64,000 nt of DNA from Planctomycetota bacterium (GTDB lineage Bacteria > Planctomycetota > UBA8742 > UBA2392), in assembly GCA_027493625.1 (NCBI GenBank), contig JAOSKM010000001.1:2068657-2132656 (forward strand), read 5' to 3'. The position numbers were made by a program, and so were the translations under genes. Below, one piece after another: positions 35,704 through 45,740 of this stretch (position 1 is its first letter; every line of letters starts with the position of its first letter). Below the pieces are notes generated by a model that saw only the letters and a program-made list of their open reading frames with translations, was not told where the DNA came from and ran no database searches.

Positions 35704-37158
35704 TTACTGCGCCGGGACGGTGATTTCCAGCTTCTCGCCGCCCTTGCGCACGATGCTCAGCTTCACGTCGCCGCTCTGCTCGCTGAGCAGCTTGTTGAAC
35801 TCCTGCAGCGTCATCTCGGCCGTGACTTCCTTGTCGCCCACCTTGTAGATCAGGTCACCGCTCTTGATGCCCGCATTGCGGCAGGGCGAGTCCTTCTGCG
35901 GGATCTGGCTGACGCTGAAGCCGCACTTGATGCCGCCGTAGTTGTCCTTCAGGGTTTCCTCGGTCATCTTGGTGAAACGCTCGATGCCCCGGAAGCCGTC
36001 GATCTTCGGCGCGGGCTCAGACTTCGCGGCCGGGATCACCACCTTCATGCCCTTCTCTAGCGCCAGCTTTTTCTCAGGGTCGGCGATAAAGCCGCCCACC
36101 TGCTCGATGCGCGAGTTTTCATCCAGCGGGTTGGCGCGGTAGCGGCGCGTGATCACCAGCTCGGCGAGCTGCTTGCCGTCGCCGCCCAGGATCTGCACCT
36201 TCGCGTTTTCCTCGGGCGCCTGCTGGCCCTCCGCCACGTTGATCAGCACGTACAGGTCTTTCTGCTGGTCGCGGTACTTCACACTGGCGATGGTGCCCTC
36301 GAACAGCGGGGCGTCCGTGGGCGGGGTCGGCTCGGTGGTCGGCGTCGCCTTGGCGCCGGCCTTGTGGAAGTCGGGCTTCAGCACCGCTTCCTGGGCCTTC
36401 TTCAATTCCTCGCCGAACACGCCGGCGGTCATCAGCACGCGGTTGCCCAGCGCCTTGCTGGGGTCGTTCAGACCGCCCAGGATACGGCCGAAACCGCCGC
36501 CGCCGGCCGCCTGCTCTTTGCCCTTCTTCTGGCCGAGAATGCCGAGCAGCTTGCCGTCCAGCGTCAGCACCACGCCGCCCAGGCAGTCACCCAGGGTGCC
36601 GTCGAGGCCGAAGACCTTGCCCTCCTCCACCACGCAGTTGATGCGGGCGGTGCGGAAGAAGCGCGCGTAGTTGAGGGTTTCGTCGTGGGCGCCGATGATC
36701 ACCACTTCTTCGCCCAGGGCCGGTACTTCGGCCTTTTCGGGAAAGCTGACGCCCTCCGTCTCACCAACCTGCGCGCCGTACCAGCGCAGGTTCTGCGCGT
36801 CCGAAATCAGCGCCTCGGTGGCGGCGAACTCCTTGCCCTCGGCGGTGTGCAGCTTGAAGCCTTCGGGGCCGGTGCTTTCGCCGCGGCCGAACATGCTGGC
36901 CATGCCGCCCACGTTGTTGCTGAGGGGCTGGTTGCTGACCACGAACAGGCCGCCCTTGCCGACCAGCAGGCCGGTGGTTGCGCCGGTGCTTTCGATGGTC
37001 TGGCCCATGGCGGAGGTGGTGGAGGTCCAGGTCAGCACCACGACCTTGTCGCTGAACTTGGCGTGCAGCGCGCGCAGCTTTTCGGCCTTTTCGTCGGCGT
37101 GCAGCAGGCCGGCGCACAATGCTGTGATGGCAACAAGCGGGATCAGGTAGCGGGTCAT
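35704..37158 (-). CDS. Secreted PDZ domain protein with degenerate trypsin-like (HtrA-like) N-terminal domain
   Basis: Signal MTRYLIPLVAITALCAGLLHA. C-terminal PDZ (NAGIKSGDLIYKVGDKEVTAEMTLQEFNKLL). The protease-like region has GDCLGG in place of GDSGG and no recognisable catalytic His. Confidence 0.65.
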   Translation of the reverse strand: MTRYLIPLVAITALCAGLLHADEKAEKLRALHAKFSDKVVVLTWTSTTSAMGQTIESTGATTGLLVGKGGLFVVSNQPLSNNVGGMASMFGRGESTGPEGFKLHTAEGKEFAATEALISDAQNLRWYGAQVGETEGVSFPEKAEVPALGEEVVIIGAHDETLNYARFFRTARINCVVEEGKVFGLDGTLGDCLGGVVLTLDGKLLGILGQKKGKEQAAGGGGFGRILGGLNDPSKALGNRVLMTAGVFGEELKKAQEAVLKPDFHKAGAKATPTTEPTPPTDAPLFEGTIASVKYRDQQKDLYVLINVAEGQQAPEENAKVQILGGDGKQLAELVITRRYRANPLDENSRIEQVGGFIADPEKKLALEKGMKVVIPAAKSEPAPKIDGFRGIERFTKMTEETLKDNYGGIKCGFSVSQIPQKDSPCRNAGIKSGDLIYKVGDKEVTAEMTLQEFNKLLSEQSGDVKLSIVRKGGEKLEITVPAQ

Positions 37159-37191
37159 GGTTCTCTCCGTTCGTCAGCTTTTTCTGAATCT

Positions 37192-38532
37192 CTAGTCTTC
37201 GCGACGCCTTGGCGGCCTGCCGCCGTCACGCCGGGGGCCACGCCCGCCAGGACGCGGGCCACGGGGGCCGCGCGGTCCACCTTCACGGCGGGGTCCACGT
37301 TCGCCGCGCGGTCCGCCTTCACGACGCGGTCCGCCTTCGCGACGCGGTCCGCCTTCGCGACGCGGTCCGCCTTCACGACGCGGTCCACCTTCACGACGCG
37401 GTCCGCCTTCACGACGCGGTCCGCCTTCGCGACGCGGTCCGCCTTCGCGGCGGGGTCCGCCTTCGCGGCGGGGTCCACCTTCACGACGGGGTCCGCCTTC
37501 ACGGCGGGGTCCGCCTTCGCGGCGGGGTCCACCTTCGCGGCGCGGTCCGCCTTCGCGGCGCGGGCCACGCTCGGGGCGCGGTCCGCCTTCCCGTCGCGGA
37601 CCACCCGGCCTGCGCTCCTCGCGCTCGCCGCGGCCAAAAGTCTTGCCGCGCGTCTGCACGCGGGCGCGAGTCTTCTTCTGGCCGACACTGCTTGTCCCGC
37701 GCGCGCCGGTTTTCTTTCGCCGAAATCCGGTGGCTTCGTCGTCGCGCTGGAAGCGCGCCGGGCTCACCAGCGGCTTCTCATAGTCAACCCGGCCGTTCTC
37801 GGCCTCGTCCACGTACTGCAGCACCATCTGGATTTCGTCGGCCCGCAGCTTGCGCAGGGCGCCGCCGGGCGCGCTGCCGAGCTCAATGGGCCCCAGCCTC
37901 ACGCGCTCGATCGACTTCACGCCGTGGCCGAACTTCAGGCAGATGTCGCGCAGGGCCTGGGGCAGGCCCTCGTAAACCGTCAGCGTCAGCGGCGTCTTGC
38001 CGCCGGCCGCGCGCCCGACCTCGAGCGGCTCAAAGCGCCCGTTGTTCATGGCATAGAACAGCGCGCGCTCGATGTTGCGCGCGGCCGTGTTGTCCACCGT
38101 GCCCTTCACGGTCACGCGGTAGACCTTCGGCACGCGGTAGCGCGGGTGGGTCAGCACGTTGGCGACGCGCCCGTCGTTGGTGATCAGCATCAGCCCGCGC
38201 GCCAGGCGGTCGAGGCGCCCGGCCGTGAACAGGCGGCCGAAGTCGCCCTCGACCAGGCCCTGCAACTCCTGCTCGGCCTCGGCGTCGTTGAAGCTGGAGC
38301 CTTCTTTCTTGTTCAGGATCCAGTAGGCGGGGCGCGGCAGGTGCACGCGCTCGCCGTCAACGGCGATCACGTCGCGCATGGGGTCGGCCCGCACGCCGAG
38401 CACGCTTACTGCCTGGTTGTTGATGGAGACGCGGCCTTCGACGATCAGCTCTTCGCAGGCGCGGCGCGAGCCGAAGCCGGCGCGCGCGAGAATCTTCTGC
38501 AGGCGTTCTTTGCCTGCTTCTTCAGTTGTCAT
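37192..38532 (-). CDS. rluB: 23S rRNA pseudouridine synthase (RluB/RsuA family) with long C-terminal (REGGPR)n tail
   Basis: S4 domain ERLQKILARAGFGSRRACEELIVEGRVSINNQ. Catalytic GRLDRLARGLMLITNDG. The ORF extends to 38583; the M at 38532 is the likely start. Confidence 0.85.
   Translation of the reverse strand: MTTEEAGKERLQKILARAGFGSRRACEELIVEGRVSINNQAVSVLGVRADPMRDVIAVDGERVHLPRPAYWILNKKEGSSFNDAEAEQELQGLVEGDFGRLFTAGRLDRLARGLMLITNDGRVANVLTHPRYRVPKVYRVTVKGTVDNTAARNIERALFYAMNNGRFEPLEVGRAAGGKTPLTLTVYEGLPQALRDICLKFGHGVKSIERVRLGPIELGSAPGGALRKLRADEIQMVLQYVDEAENGRVDYEKPLVSPARFQRDDEATGFRRKKTGARGTSSVGQKKTRARVQTRGKTFGRGEREERRPGGPRREGGPRPERGPRREGGPRREGGPRREGGPRREGGPRREGGPRREGGPRREGGPRREGGPRREGGPRREGGPRREGGPRREGGPRREGGPRREGGPRGERGPRREGGPRGPRGPRPGGRGPRRDGGRPPRRRED
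37215..37620. repeat. 18-bp tandem repeat array inside the rluB 3' region, encoding (R-E-G-G-P-R)n
   Basis: About 17 to 20 consecutive units of cgcggtccgccttcacga / cgcggtccgccttcgcga / cggggtccgccttcgcgg. Confidence 0.85.
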
Positions 38533-38691
38533 GTCTGTCTTTCCCGGTCGCGGGGCGACCGTCGTCGGGGTTTCCCCCATCACCGGCTCACGCCGGAAGT
38601 TTCAGGCCACGTAAATAGCCGCTGCGCCCGCGCGCGTGAAGGGGGTGGAAGCGGATTGCGCCTTGCGGCGTTGTGATGGTGAGGCTCGGGC

Positions 38692-39879
38692 ATGAACGAA
38701 AACGCGCCACAACGCAGGCAGGCGGCCGGGGGGGTTGGCATCGGGCGCCTGTTCGGCATCGAGATCCGGCTGCACTTCAGCGTGCTGCTGATCTTCGGCC
38801 TGGTGGCGTGGAGCCTCGCCGCGCACACCTTTCCAGGCTGGCACCCGGACTGGAGCCCGGCGTTGAGCTGGGGCCTGGGACTGGCCACGGCCGTGCTGTT
38901 TTTCGTGTCGCTGCTGGCGCACGAGTTCGCGCACTCGCTGGTGGCGAAGTGGAAGGGCCTGCAGATTGACCGCATCACGCTGTTCCTGTTCGGCGGCATG
39001 GCTGAGCTGAAGACGCAGCCGAAGACGGCCGGCGTCGAGTTCATGGTCGCGATCGCCGGCCCGCTCATGAGCGTGGCGATCGGCCTGGGCTCAATCGGCC
39101 TGGCGGCGGTGCTGGTGGACGGCGGCTTTGCGCAGCGGCTGGTCGAGAATCCCGAGGCCGCCATGGCGTCGCTGGGCCCGCTGCCCACGCTGCTGCTGTG
39201 GCTGGGGCCGATCAACCTGTTCCTGGCGGCGTTCAACATGATGCCCGGCTTCCCGCTCGATGGCGGGCGCGTGCTGCGCGCGATTCTGTGGGCGATCAGC
39301 GGCGACATGCAGAAGGCCACGCGCTGGGCGGCGTATTCGGGGCGCGTGGTGGCGTTCATGCTGATGGGCCTGGGCGGGCTGGAGATTTTCTTCGGCGGCT
39401 TCATCAACGGATTGTGGCTGCTGTTCATCGGCTGGTTCCTGTTCAGCGCCGCGCGCGCCGCCCAGGCGGAATCCGAGCTGCGCACCAGCCTGCAGGGTCA
39501 CCGGTTGTCAGAGCTGATGGACACCGGCTTCGAGTTCGCCGACGGCAGCGACGACGTCGAAAGCTTCGCGCGCGAACGCCTGATGCACCGCAGCCAGGCC
39601 GTGTGGCCGGTACTCGAGGGCGGGCAGCTGGTCGGCATCGTCACCATCGACGACATCGCGCAACTGCCGCCCGAGGCACGGCCGCACACGCGGCTGGCGC
39701 GGCTGGCCAAGCCGCTGCACGAGGTGGATTTCGTGGAGTACAACCTGCCCGGCCCGGAGATCCTGAAGCGCCTGGCCGAAAGCGACTACGGCGTGGTGCT
39801 GGTGGTGAAGGACAACCAGATAGTCGGGCTGCTGAAGCAGTCGGACGTGCTGCGCTGGTTGACCATTCACACAGCGTAG
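38692..39879 (+). CDS. Site-2 protease family (M50) zinc metalloprotease with C-terminal CBS pair
   Basis: HEFAHSLVA (HExxH), NLFLAAFNMMPGFPLDGGRVLRA, and C-terminal CBS-like WPVLEGGQLVGIVTIDD / VVLVVKDNQIVGLLKQSDV. Confidence 0.9.
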   Translation: MNENAPQRRQAAGGVGIGRLFGIEIRLHFSVLLIFGLVAWSLAAHTFPGWHPDWSPALSWGLGLATAVLFFVSLLAHEFAHSLVAKWKGLQIDRITLFLFGGMAELKTQPKTAGVEFMVAIAGPLMSVAIGLGSIGLAAVLVDGGFAQRLVENPEAAMASLGPLPTLLLWLGPINLFLAAFNMMPGFPLDGGRVLRAILWAISGDMQKATRWAAYSGRVVAFMLMGLGGLEIFFGGFINGLWLLFIGWFLFSAARAAQAESELRTSLQGHRLSELMDTGFEFADGSDDVESFARERLMHRSQAVWPVLEGGQLVGIVTIDDIAQLPPEARPHTRLARLAKPLHEVDFVEYNLPGPEILKRLAESDYGVVLVVKDNQIVGLLKQSDVLRWLTIHTA

Positions 39880-39945
39880 CCCGGCCGCGTAAGCGCCGGG
39901 CATAAGGCGGAATCGGGGACGAGGACGATTGGAGCGCCTTCGAAG

Positions 39946-40206
39946 CTGTTGAACAGCAAATTACCAATAACCAATTTTCAATTACCAATTGAGGCGACGT
40001 CGTTAACTGTGAGCAATACGGCCCTCGCTGATTGCAGTTCGTTCACGACTTGAAAGGCAACTGCGGGAACCACGAAGGGCCACGAAGAACCACGAAGGCA
40101 ATCAGCCAAGGACCAGCTCTTCGTGATTCTTCGTGACCTTCGTGGACAACCACATTTGCAGTCGCCGGTAATTGAAAATTGGTTATTGGTAATTTGCTGT
40201 TCAACA
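39946..40206. repeat. MITE-like element: perfect 40-bp AT-rich inverted repeats enclosing a CACGAAG-decamer hairpin
   Basis: 39946-39985 tgttgaacagcaaattaccaataaccaattttcaattacc is the exact reverse complement of 40167-40206. Inner hairpin: gaaccacgaagggccacgaagaaccacgaagg...ctcttcgtgattcttcgtgaccttcgtgg. Confidence 0.85.
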
Positions 40207-40273
40207 CCGCTTCGATGCAACCCCAACGCAGCGGCACGCGCACCAGCCTCATGCCCGACGCTTACGCATCGGG

Positions 40274-41743
40274 CTACCCTCGGTTCACATATCGGCCGTG
40301 GTTCTGTTCCGCGAGATCCTGCATCATCTGGTGCGCGGCATCTTTGCCTACCGCGATGGCGTGAATCACCACCTTGCGGAAAGTGTTGATGCGCGAGATG
40401 TCGGCCAATATCGCCTCCGGCTTCACGTAGCGCCCGTTGCCGATGCTGCCCCACTTCGGGTGCACGTAGCCTTCGCCGGTGCTGTCGTCGCTCCAGCTCG
40501 GCTCACCGTCGGTCATGAAGAAGATGGTGTCCACACCCTCCAGCATCGCCTTGGGGTCCAGCGCCGGGTCTTCCTTCACCTTGCCCTTGCGCACCACCGT
40601 GAAGGCCTGCGTCAGCGCGCCATGGATGTTGGTGCCGCCCTCGGCCTTCAGGCCGTAGACCGCGATGCTGAACTTGCGCTTGTTTTCGTCGGTCGCCGGC
40701 ACCAGCTCGGACTCGTCGGGCAGGATCAGCTGGTGCTCCTTGCTGTAGGTGATGATGTTGAAGTGGTAGTCCTCGGGCAGGTTCTTGAGCGTCCACAGCA
40801 ACTCCACCTTCGCGAGGTCCAGCTTGGTCTTCACCTGGCTGTAGTCCGGCCCGTTTTCCTTGCCTTTGCCCGTCACCGGGTTCTTGGCGAACTCCATGTC
40901 GGCCGGCCATTCCATGCTGCCGCTGACGTCGATCACGAACAGCACCCGCGTGCCCACAGCGATCGCGTCAAAGAACGCCACCGTCTTGCCCGCACCCGCG
41001 TCTTCGGCCACGTTGCCCGCCAGCCAGGCGCGCCACCACCCGGCGCTCAGGTAAGCCGGCTGGCCCGAGATGCGGCTGAGGCCCAGGGCCGCGAAGTACT
41101 TGATGCGCTCGTCGCCGCTGGCTTCAAGCACGTGGATCAGCGCTTCCAGATACGGCTTCTGCGCTTCGCGGTCTTCGCCCTGGGGGCACAGCTTGCGCAC
41201 GGCCGTGATGGCGGCCAGGTTCTCGAACACGTTGCCCTTGTCGTCCTCGGGCCTGTAGGCGTTGACGATGGCCAGGGCCAGGGGCGCCAGGTCGTCGCGC
41301 GCGGACTCGCCGATGGCTTCGAGGGCGCAGGCGCGCAGGGAGACGTTTTTCTTGTCGGCCTTGTCGAGGGCTTTTTTCAGCGTGCCGGTGCCCTCGGGCG
41401 TGTTGCCGAGCGCCAGGCCGCACAGGACCCAGCAGGCGGCGAACATCTCTTCGGTTTTCTTGCAGGCCAGCACCGAGCTGTCGGCCTGGTTGAGCCCCTC
41501 GGCGCCCTTGAGGTCGGAGAACGCGCGGCCCATTTCACGGCCGGCAAAGCCGTCGCGCTCGGCGACCAGGGCCTCCATGACGGCCTTGACGGATTTCTTG
41601 TCGCCGTCGGCCAGCAGGCGTTTAGCGCCTTCGACACGATTGTCGGGCGAGGCGTCCTTGAGCAGGGCCACATGCTCAGCCTTCTGGGCAAAGGCCAGGC
41701 AGGTCAACGAAACAACCACCCCAAGCGCAAGCAAAGCACGCAT
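40274..41743 (-). CDS. Secreted HEAT-like + VWA domain protein
   Basis: Signal MRALLALGVVVSLTCLAFAQ. MIDAS VLFVIDVSGSM, GGTNIHGALTQAF, FFMTDGEPS. Paralog of the frameshifted 13090..15053. Confidence 0.8.
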   Translation of the reverse strand: MRALLALGVVVSLTCLAFAQKAEHVALLKDASPDNRVEGAKRLLADGDKKSVKAVMEALVAERDGFAGREMGRAFSDLKGAEGLNQADSSVLACKKTEEMFAACWVLCGLALGNTPEGTGTLKKALDKADKKNVSLRACALEAIGESARDDLAPLALAIVNAYRPEDDKGNVFENLAAITAVRKLCPQGEDREAQKPYLEALIHVLEASGDERIKYFAALGLSRISGQPAYLSAGWWRAWLAGNVAEDAGAGKTVAFFDAIAVGTRVLFVIDVSGSMEWPADMEFAKNPVTGKGKENGPDYSQVKTKLDLAKVELLWTLKNLPEDYHFNIITYSKEHQLILPDESELVPATDENKRKFSIAVYGLKAEGGTNIHGALTQAFTVVRKGKVKEDPALDPKAMLEGVDTIFFMTDGEPSWSDDSTGEGYVHPKWGSIGNGRYVKPEAILADISRINTFRKVVIHAIAVGKDAAHQMMQDLAEQNHGRYVNRG

Positions 41744-41915
41744 AGCAGGTCCCCCGATCACCAGCCCAGTGCAAGCAGGTTAGCAAGCCAGGGGTGCGAA
41801 GTGTCACGACACCGTCAAATCCTTGGCATGGGCGAGGAAGCACAGCTGCAGCTGACCCGCCTTTTACTTTGAACGGCATCAGTTCTCGGGTTCAGCAACA
41901 GATAGGAACCGCTGG

Positions 41916-44900
41916 TCAGTCTCGGCGACCCTCATAGCCTGCTGGCGGAGTTTTTCGTCCCGTTTCAAGGGGTTTCTCCTTGAGATGTCTAAACGCCAAC
42001 ATATCTAACTCAAAGATGCTCACTCCGACCTGATTCGCACCATGTAGGTGCGTGATGAGCCGATTGTATTGCTCCGAGTACGGCGCTTGAGCAGTAGAGC
42101 CACCGTACTGGCCGCTGTTCACGAGCACTACTGGCTGATACATATGGTATTGTAGCGCTGTTGCCATGGTATCGAATGTATTCGTATCTCTGTTTAATGC
42201 TGAAATGACCATACAGTCGCTTTTATCTCGTAAGTCCGCTGCCAGCTTCAAGTCGGTCGCATCGTAACATATTGCGGCAGTGATCCGCGCTTTGGTTGTT
42301 CGGCGCTCACCCAACTCTACGAATATTTGACATGGTCGGTGCCCCTTTACCCCTGCCTTGGCCTCCCACGCTGTGACATGTTGCTTGCCTTGAAACAGTG
42401 GAACCAGTATCCGACCGGACCGAGTCTCTTGACGCACAATCCACATGCCGGTGTTCGCGACATCAGCGGAGTTGGGATGCTGGATAAAAGTGAGACCGGC
42501 GAAGATGGTCGCTCCCGTGGCGTCCGATAGGCGTGCCAAGTACTCCGAATCGCTCGGATGTATGGAGAGTTCGGGAAACACGATCAAATCCAAACCTGTT
42601 CGCTTGCGCGCGCCACGATCAAACACTGAGGAAGCAATCAGCTGTCGGTGGACCAGATGACACATGGACGCAACATGAGACGTGTGCTTGGCCCGCTCGT
42701 CTGGAGTGAAGTACAGTGGATTTTTTGAATTAAAGTCTGTATCACTAGGAAAGGCTGTCTGAACTAACGCAACTCGGAATTTGTCCTTCTCCTGTCGCTC
42801 CTTACCGTCGGATGAGAACAAGTAGCCTGGCATCTCCGACTGACGGCAGTATAGCTGCGCCTGCTTTGCCATACGGCGCCTTACAATGGCTAGCAAGTCG
42901 CTCGGCTTGTTCACTAACTCAATCCCCTCCATCTCCCGACTGGTCAACTCCAGACCCGGCCATTTCAAAAGATGCAACAGCAGCTCGTTGAACCACGAAG
43001 ATAGCGGGATAGGCTCCTTGCCAATTCCTCTCAATGCGCTTTGGAGTCCATGTTGCCGTTTGAAGACTACAGAACGTATTCCGCGATACGCCTGAGGCTC
43101 AGTCGGAAGTTCATAGCGTCCTGTGGACCAGTCATCTGCGCCAACGATCGCGGACCGCAGAAGTCGACCAAGCGCATATGCCCAATGCCAAGATGGTGCA
43201 GACCATACGGGGGGTTCGAAGGCTTTGTCCAAACCACCACGGGTACGGCGGATACGCTTTAGAATGACTCGAAGCGTCACCTTTGGATTCTGGACCCTAG
43301 CCCAAGACGAGCACTTCAGGTCTACATCTCTCATTCGGAGGTTTGTAAGCCGTTTTGGGTTTTCCAGCGATTCGGACAACAACCCGTCGCATAGCTTAAG
43401 GAGTGCGTTCTCCTGCATGAATGGATTGTCGGCTAGCCCACTAACGACGGACAGTCTCACATTTGCGTGTGAAGCGATCCCAGACTCTGCAAGCGTCGTG
43501 TCCTTGTCAAAGCCTGGTAAGTTGGCTGGTATCATACTCAAAAAGGCTGGCTTAGTCTTCTCCAAACACCGCCTTGCGGCTACCAGTAACTTGGCATCGA
43601 CATGCCATATGGTTTGGATCGCTGATCTTTGTTGTGCAGCACTGAGTGGATCGAGATACTCCTTCAGCCAAGCCGAAAACCCCTCTTCATCGCGACGCAG
43701 ACGCTGAACAACCAACGCAAGGGCGAGCCGGTCGTCGACAGTTGACTTGGTCGTCGACTCGTTTGCTAACACGGCGTGTAGGTGTCTGTATAGAGCAAGT
43801 TCAGAATCCTTGCCGACTTTCGCAACGGAATGCTGAACACCTAAGAACAGAGCCGCTTGCTGCAGCACATACCAAGGGACATCTGATCTCCGAAGTAGGC
43901 GTCTCGACCATTGCTCCAATACTTTACGATACCCCGGGATGTCTGCTGTATCTGGATAGACATTCGCGTCTGCATACCCCGTCTCTACTGACCCGGCCCG
44001 AAGAATATCCGCTGTGGCGTAACACGCTATCGCCTTGATCGCAGGTTCTGTCGCATTCAGTTCTAACTCCAATGCCTCAACCACGGGCTGCAGTATAGTT
44101 GGATCTGGAAAGAGATCGAAGGCCCGACGCAGCACAACGGTGAGCGCGGGATTCCTGGCCCAGCAATATACTAGCTTTCTAGCAACTGCCTCCATTTCGT
44201 GGTCTACCGCGTCTCTGGACTCTAGTTCTTGATTATTGGCTGTTTTAACGGCGACGGACACGTCCGGCGTGGTCATGGCGCGACGTGAGCGAAACACGCT
44301 AACCAATCGGTGGGCCGCATACCGCTTAATGGTGTCATCCCTAACGTCGACCTTCGGCGTCGCAATGCGAGACAACTCCAGATTGTTGACTTCATCCTCG
44401 TCCGATCCTAGTGCGTCTGCTAGCGATACAAGCTGACTCAGATTGGTGGTAACCTCCCGTAGCGTCTGATAGTCGGGAACAGTACTAATCTGACCCTGCA
44501 ACGACTTCATGTATTCGGAAGCTCGCCCTTGACGTGAAAAGTCTTGCCAAGCAGTCATTTCAGTCTTGCGCTCATTGATCTCAAGTTTCGAATGCTTCCC
44601 ATTGGGATAGGCATCCAAATGCGCCTTCATCCATCCCGTAACGCTGTCATGTAGTTCCTTTGGTGAGTGCCGCTCGAAGTATCTCTCAGGAACAGATACT
44701 ACAATCCGCATGTCGTCGACATAGCGCGCGTAGTCCAATAATCTGAATTGAGGAGTCCCCTGATCTGATCCGATCTGACGGCCGATCTGCCTGTCTAGCC
44801 GCCACAGATGGACGTTGGCAAAGAACCCACTCGCAACAAGCCCCTGAGGAAGGCCCTTCGGTGGATATCCCATGGCCAACTGCTCGAAGACATCCACGTC

Positions 44901-45740
44901 GTTCTTGTGCCACTCCCAGCCAAACACAGCATCCACGCGCTCCCAGAATTCCAGCGTGGATTTTGCCTTGGGGTCATACTCCCGATCGTGATGCACCGCA
45001 AATCTACGGTAAATCTCTTCCATCCGTTTGCATAAACGGCTCCGATCGATCTTGTCGTAGAACTTTGTAAGATCGAACTTGACAACGAACAGCTCAACGT
45101 CGGGTGTTCGCCGTGACCAATCACGACATACGTCGGCTGGGCGAGAGAGGAACCTCTGGTAGTCAACAAAGTACTGTGAGTATGTGTTTGTAGCACCCCA
45201 TCTGTGTTTCGCCCTCTTTCCTACTCCCGGCACGTCCTGCCAATCGCAGAACAGTCTATTGCCATAGCTATAGACCTTCTCCCGTTGTGCGTCGAGATAG
45301 CTGGCTTGATCTGTACACCCCTGCATTGTCTCTACAGCGTCTGCGAGACACAGCATCACGGCGGTGGCAACGGTTTGTTCTCGAATCTCGACATGCGCCA
45401 ATGGACGAAGCGAAACCGCATCTGTGCCTTCGGGCCGCCAAGAGGTTGTGGGGACACCGGGGACCCCCTCGGCCTCGAATCTCCAAGTACGGTTCTTTGG
45501 AGCCGGCACTAAACGCAACGGCGCCTGCCGAAACGTCGCTCTTCGGAGTGACTTGCTCCAGACTGGAATCAATTTGTGGGCGAAAACCTGAGTGCGATCC
45601 AACGCCAGCACGTCTGCATACCAGTTGTAGCGGCGGATGTAGTAATCGGACTTCTTCCATGCCTGCGCCAACACAGCCTCGTCCGACAAGAGGGTAATGT
45701 CTGGGCGAAGGTTTTCGTAGTTACGCGCAAAGTGTCCCAT
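41916..45740 (-). CDS. Reverse transcriptase / helical-repeat / nitrilase (carbon-nitrogen hydrolase) fusion, DRT type 1 (UG1-like) architecture
   Basis: The ORF runs to 45824 (1302 aa); the likely start is M29 at 45740. RT motif A FVVKFDLTKFYDKID (aa 246-260), motif B GLPQGLVASGFFANVHL (aa 324-340), and motif C YARYVDDMRIVV (YVDD = nt 44712-44723). The nitrilase region has FRVALVQTAF, LIVFPELS (Glu at nt 42570-42572), FQGKQH (Lys at 42384-42386) and AAICYDATD (Cys at 42267-42269). The gene is clearly AT-richer than its flanks. Confidence 0.85.
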   Translation of the reverse strand: MGHFARNYENLRPDITLLSDEAVLAQAWKKSDYYIRRYNWYADVLALDRTQVFAHKLIPVWSKSLRRATFRQAPLRLVPAPKNRTWRFEAEGVPGVPTTSWRPEGTDAVSLRPLAHVEIREQTVATAVMLCLADAVETMQGCTDQASYLDAQREKVYSYGNRLFCDWQDVPGVGKRAKHRWGATNTYSQYFVDYQRFLSRPADVCRDWSRRTPDVELFVVKFDLTKFYDKIDRSRLCKRMEEIYRRFAVHHDREYDPKAKSTLEFWERVDAVFGWEWHKNDVDVFEQLAMGYPPKGLPQGLVASGFFANVHLWRLDRQIGRQIGSDQGTPQFRLLDYARYVDDMRIVVSVPERYFERHSPKELHDSVTGWMKAHLDAYPNGKHSKLEINERKTEMTAWQDFSRQGRASEYMKSLQGQISTVPDYQTLREVTTNLSQLVSLADALGSDEDEVNNLELSRIATPKVDVRDDTIKRYAAHRLVSVFRSRRAMTTPDVSVAVKTANNQELESRDAVDHEMEAVARKLVYCWARNPALTVVLRRAFDLFPDPTILQPVVEALELELNATEPAIKAIACYATADILRAGSVETGYADANVYPDTADIPGYRKVLEQWSRRLLRRSDVPWYVLQQAALFLGVQHSVAKVGKDSELALYRHLHAVLANESTTKSTVDDRLALALVVQRLRRDEEGFSAWLKEYLDPLSAAQQRSAIQTIWHVDAKLLVAARRCLEKTKPAFLSMIPANLPGFDKDTTLAESGIASHANVRLSVVSGLADNPFMQENALLKLCDGLLSESLENPKRLTNLRMRDVDLKCSSWARVQNPKVTLRVILKRIRRTRGGLDKAFEPPVWSAPSWHWAYALGRLLRSAIVGADDWSTGRYELPTEPQAYRGIRSVVFKRQHGLQSALRGIGKEPIPLSSWFNELLLHLLKWPGLELTSREMEGIELVNKPSDLLAIVRRRMAKQAQLYCRQSEMPGYLFSSDGKERQEKDKFRVALVQTAFPSDTDFNSKNPLYFTPDERAKHTSHVASMCHLVHRQLIASSVFDRGARKRTGLDLIVFPELSIHPSDSEYLARLSDATGATIFAGLTFIQHPNSADVANTGMWIVRQETRSGRILVPLFQGKQHVTAWEAKAGVKGHRPCQIFVELGERRTTKARITAAICYDATDLKLAADLRDKSDCMVISALNRDTNTFDTMATALQYHMYQPVVLVNSGQYGGSTAQAPYSEQYNRLITHLHGANQVGVSIFELDMLAFRHLKEKPLETGRKTPPAGYEGRRD

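Noticed and set aside
35704-37158. GDCLGG in place of GDSGG as a Cys-nucleophile trypsin-fold protease.
   Set aside because: The expected catalytic His region reads VVSNQPL, with no His. The domain is therefore more likely a degenerate, non-catalytic HtrA-like fold attached to a PDZ domain.
37215-37620. A regular short-repeat array that might look like a CRISPR locus.
   Set aside because: The units are contiguous 18-bp tandem repeats with no spacers. They are in frame within rluB, and no cas genes are present.
41916-45740. The RT as a group II intron maturase or a retron RT.
   Set aside because: It is a ~1270-aa protein with a C-terminal nitrilase triad and a long helical linker. There is no maturase X or endonuclease-like tail, and I see no intron-like RNA domains or obvious msr/msd inverted repeats in the flanks. 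Absence of an ncRNA cannot be proven by eye.
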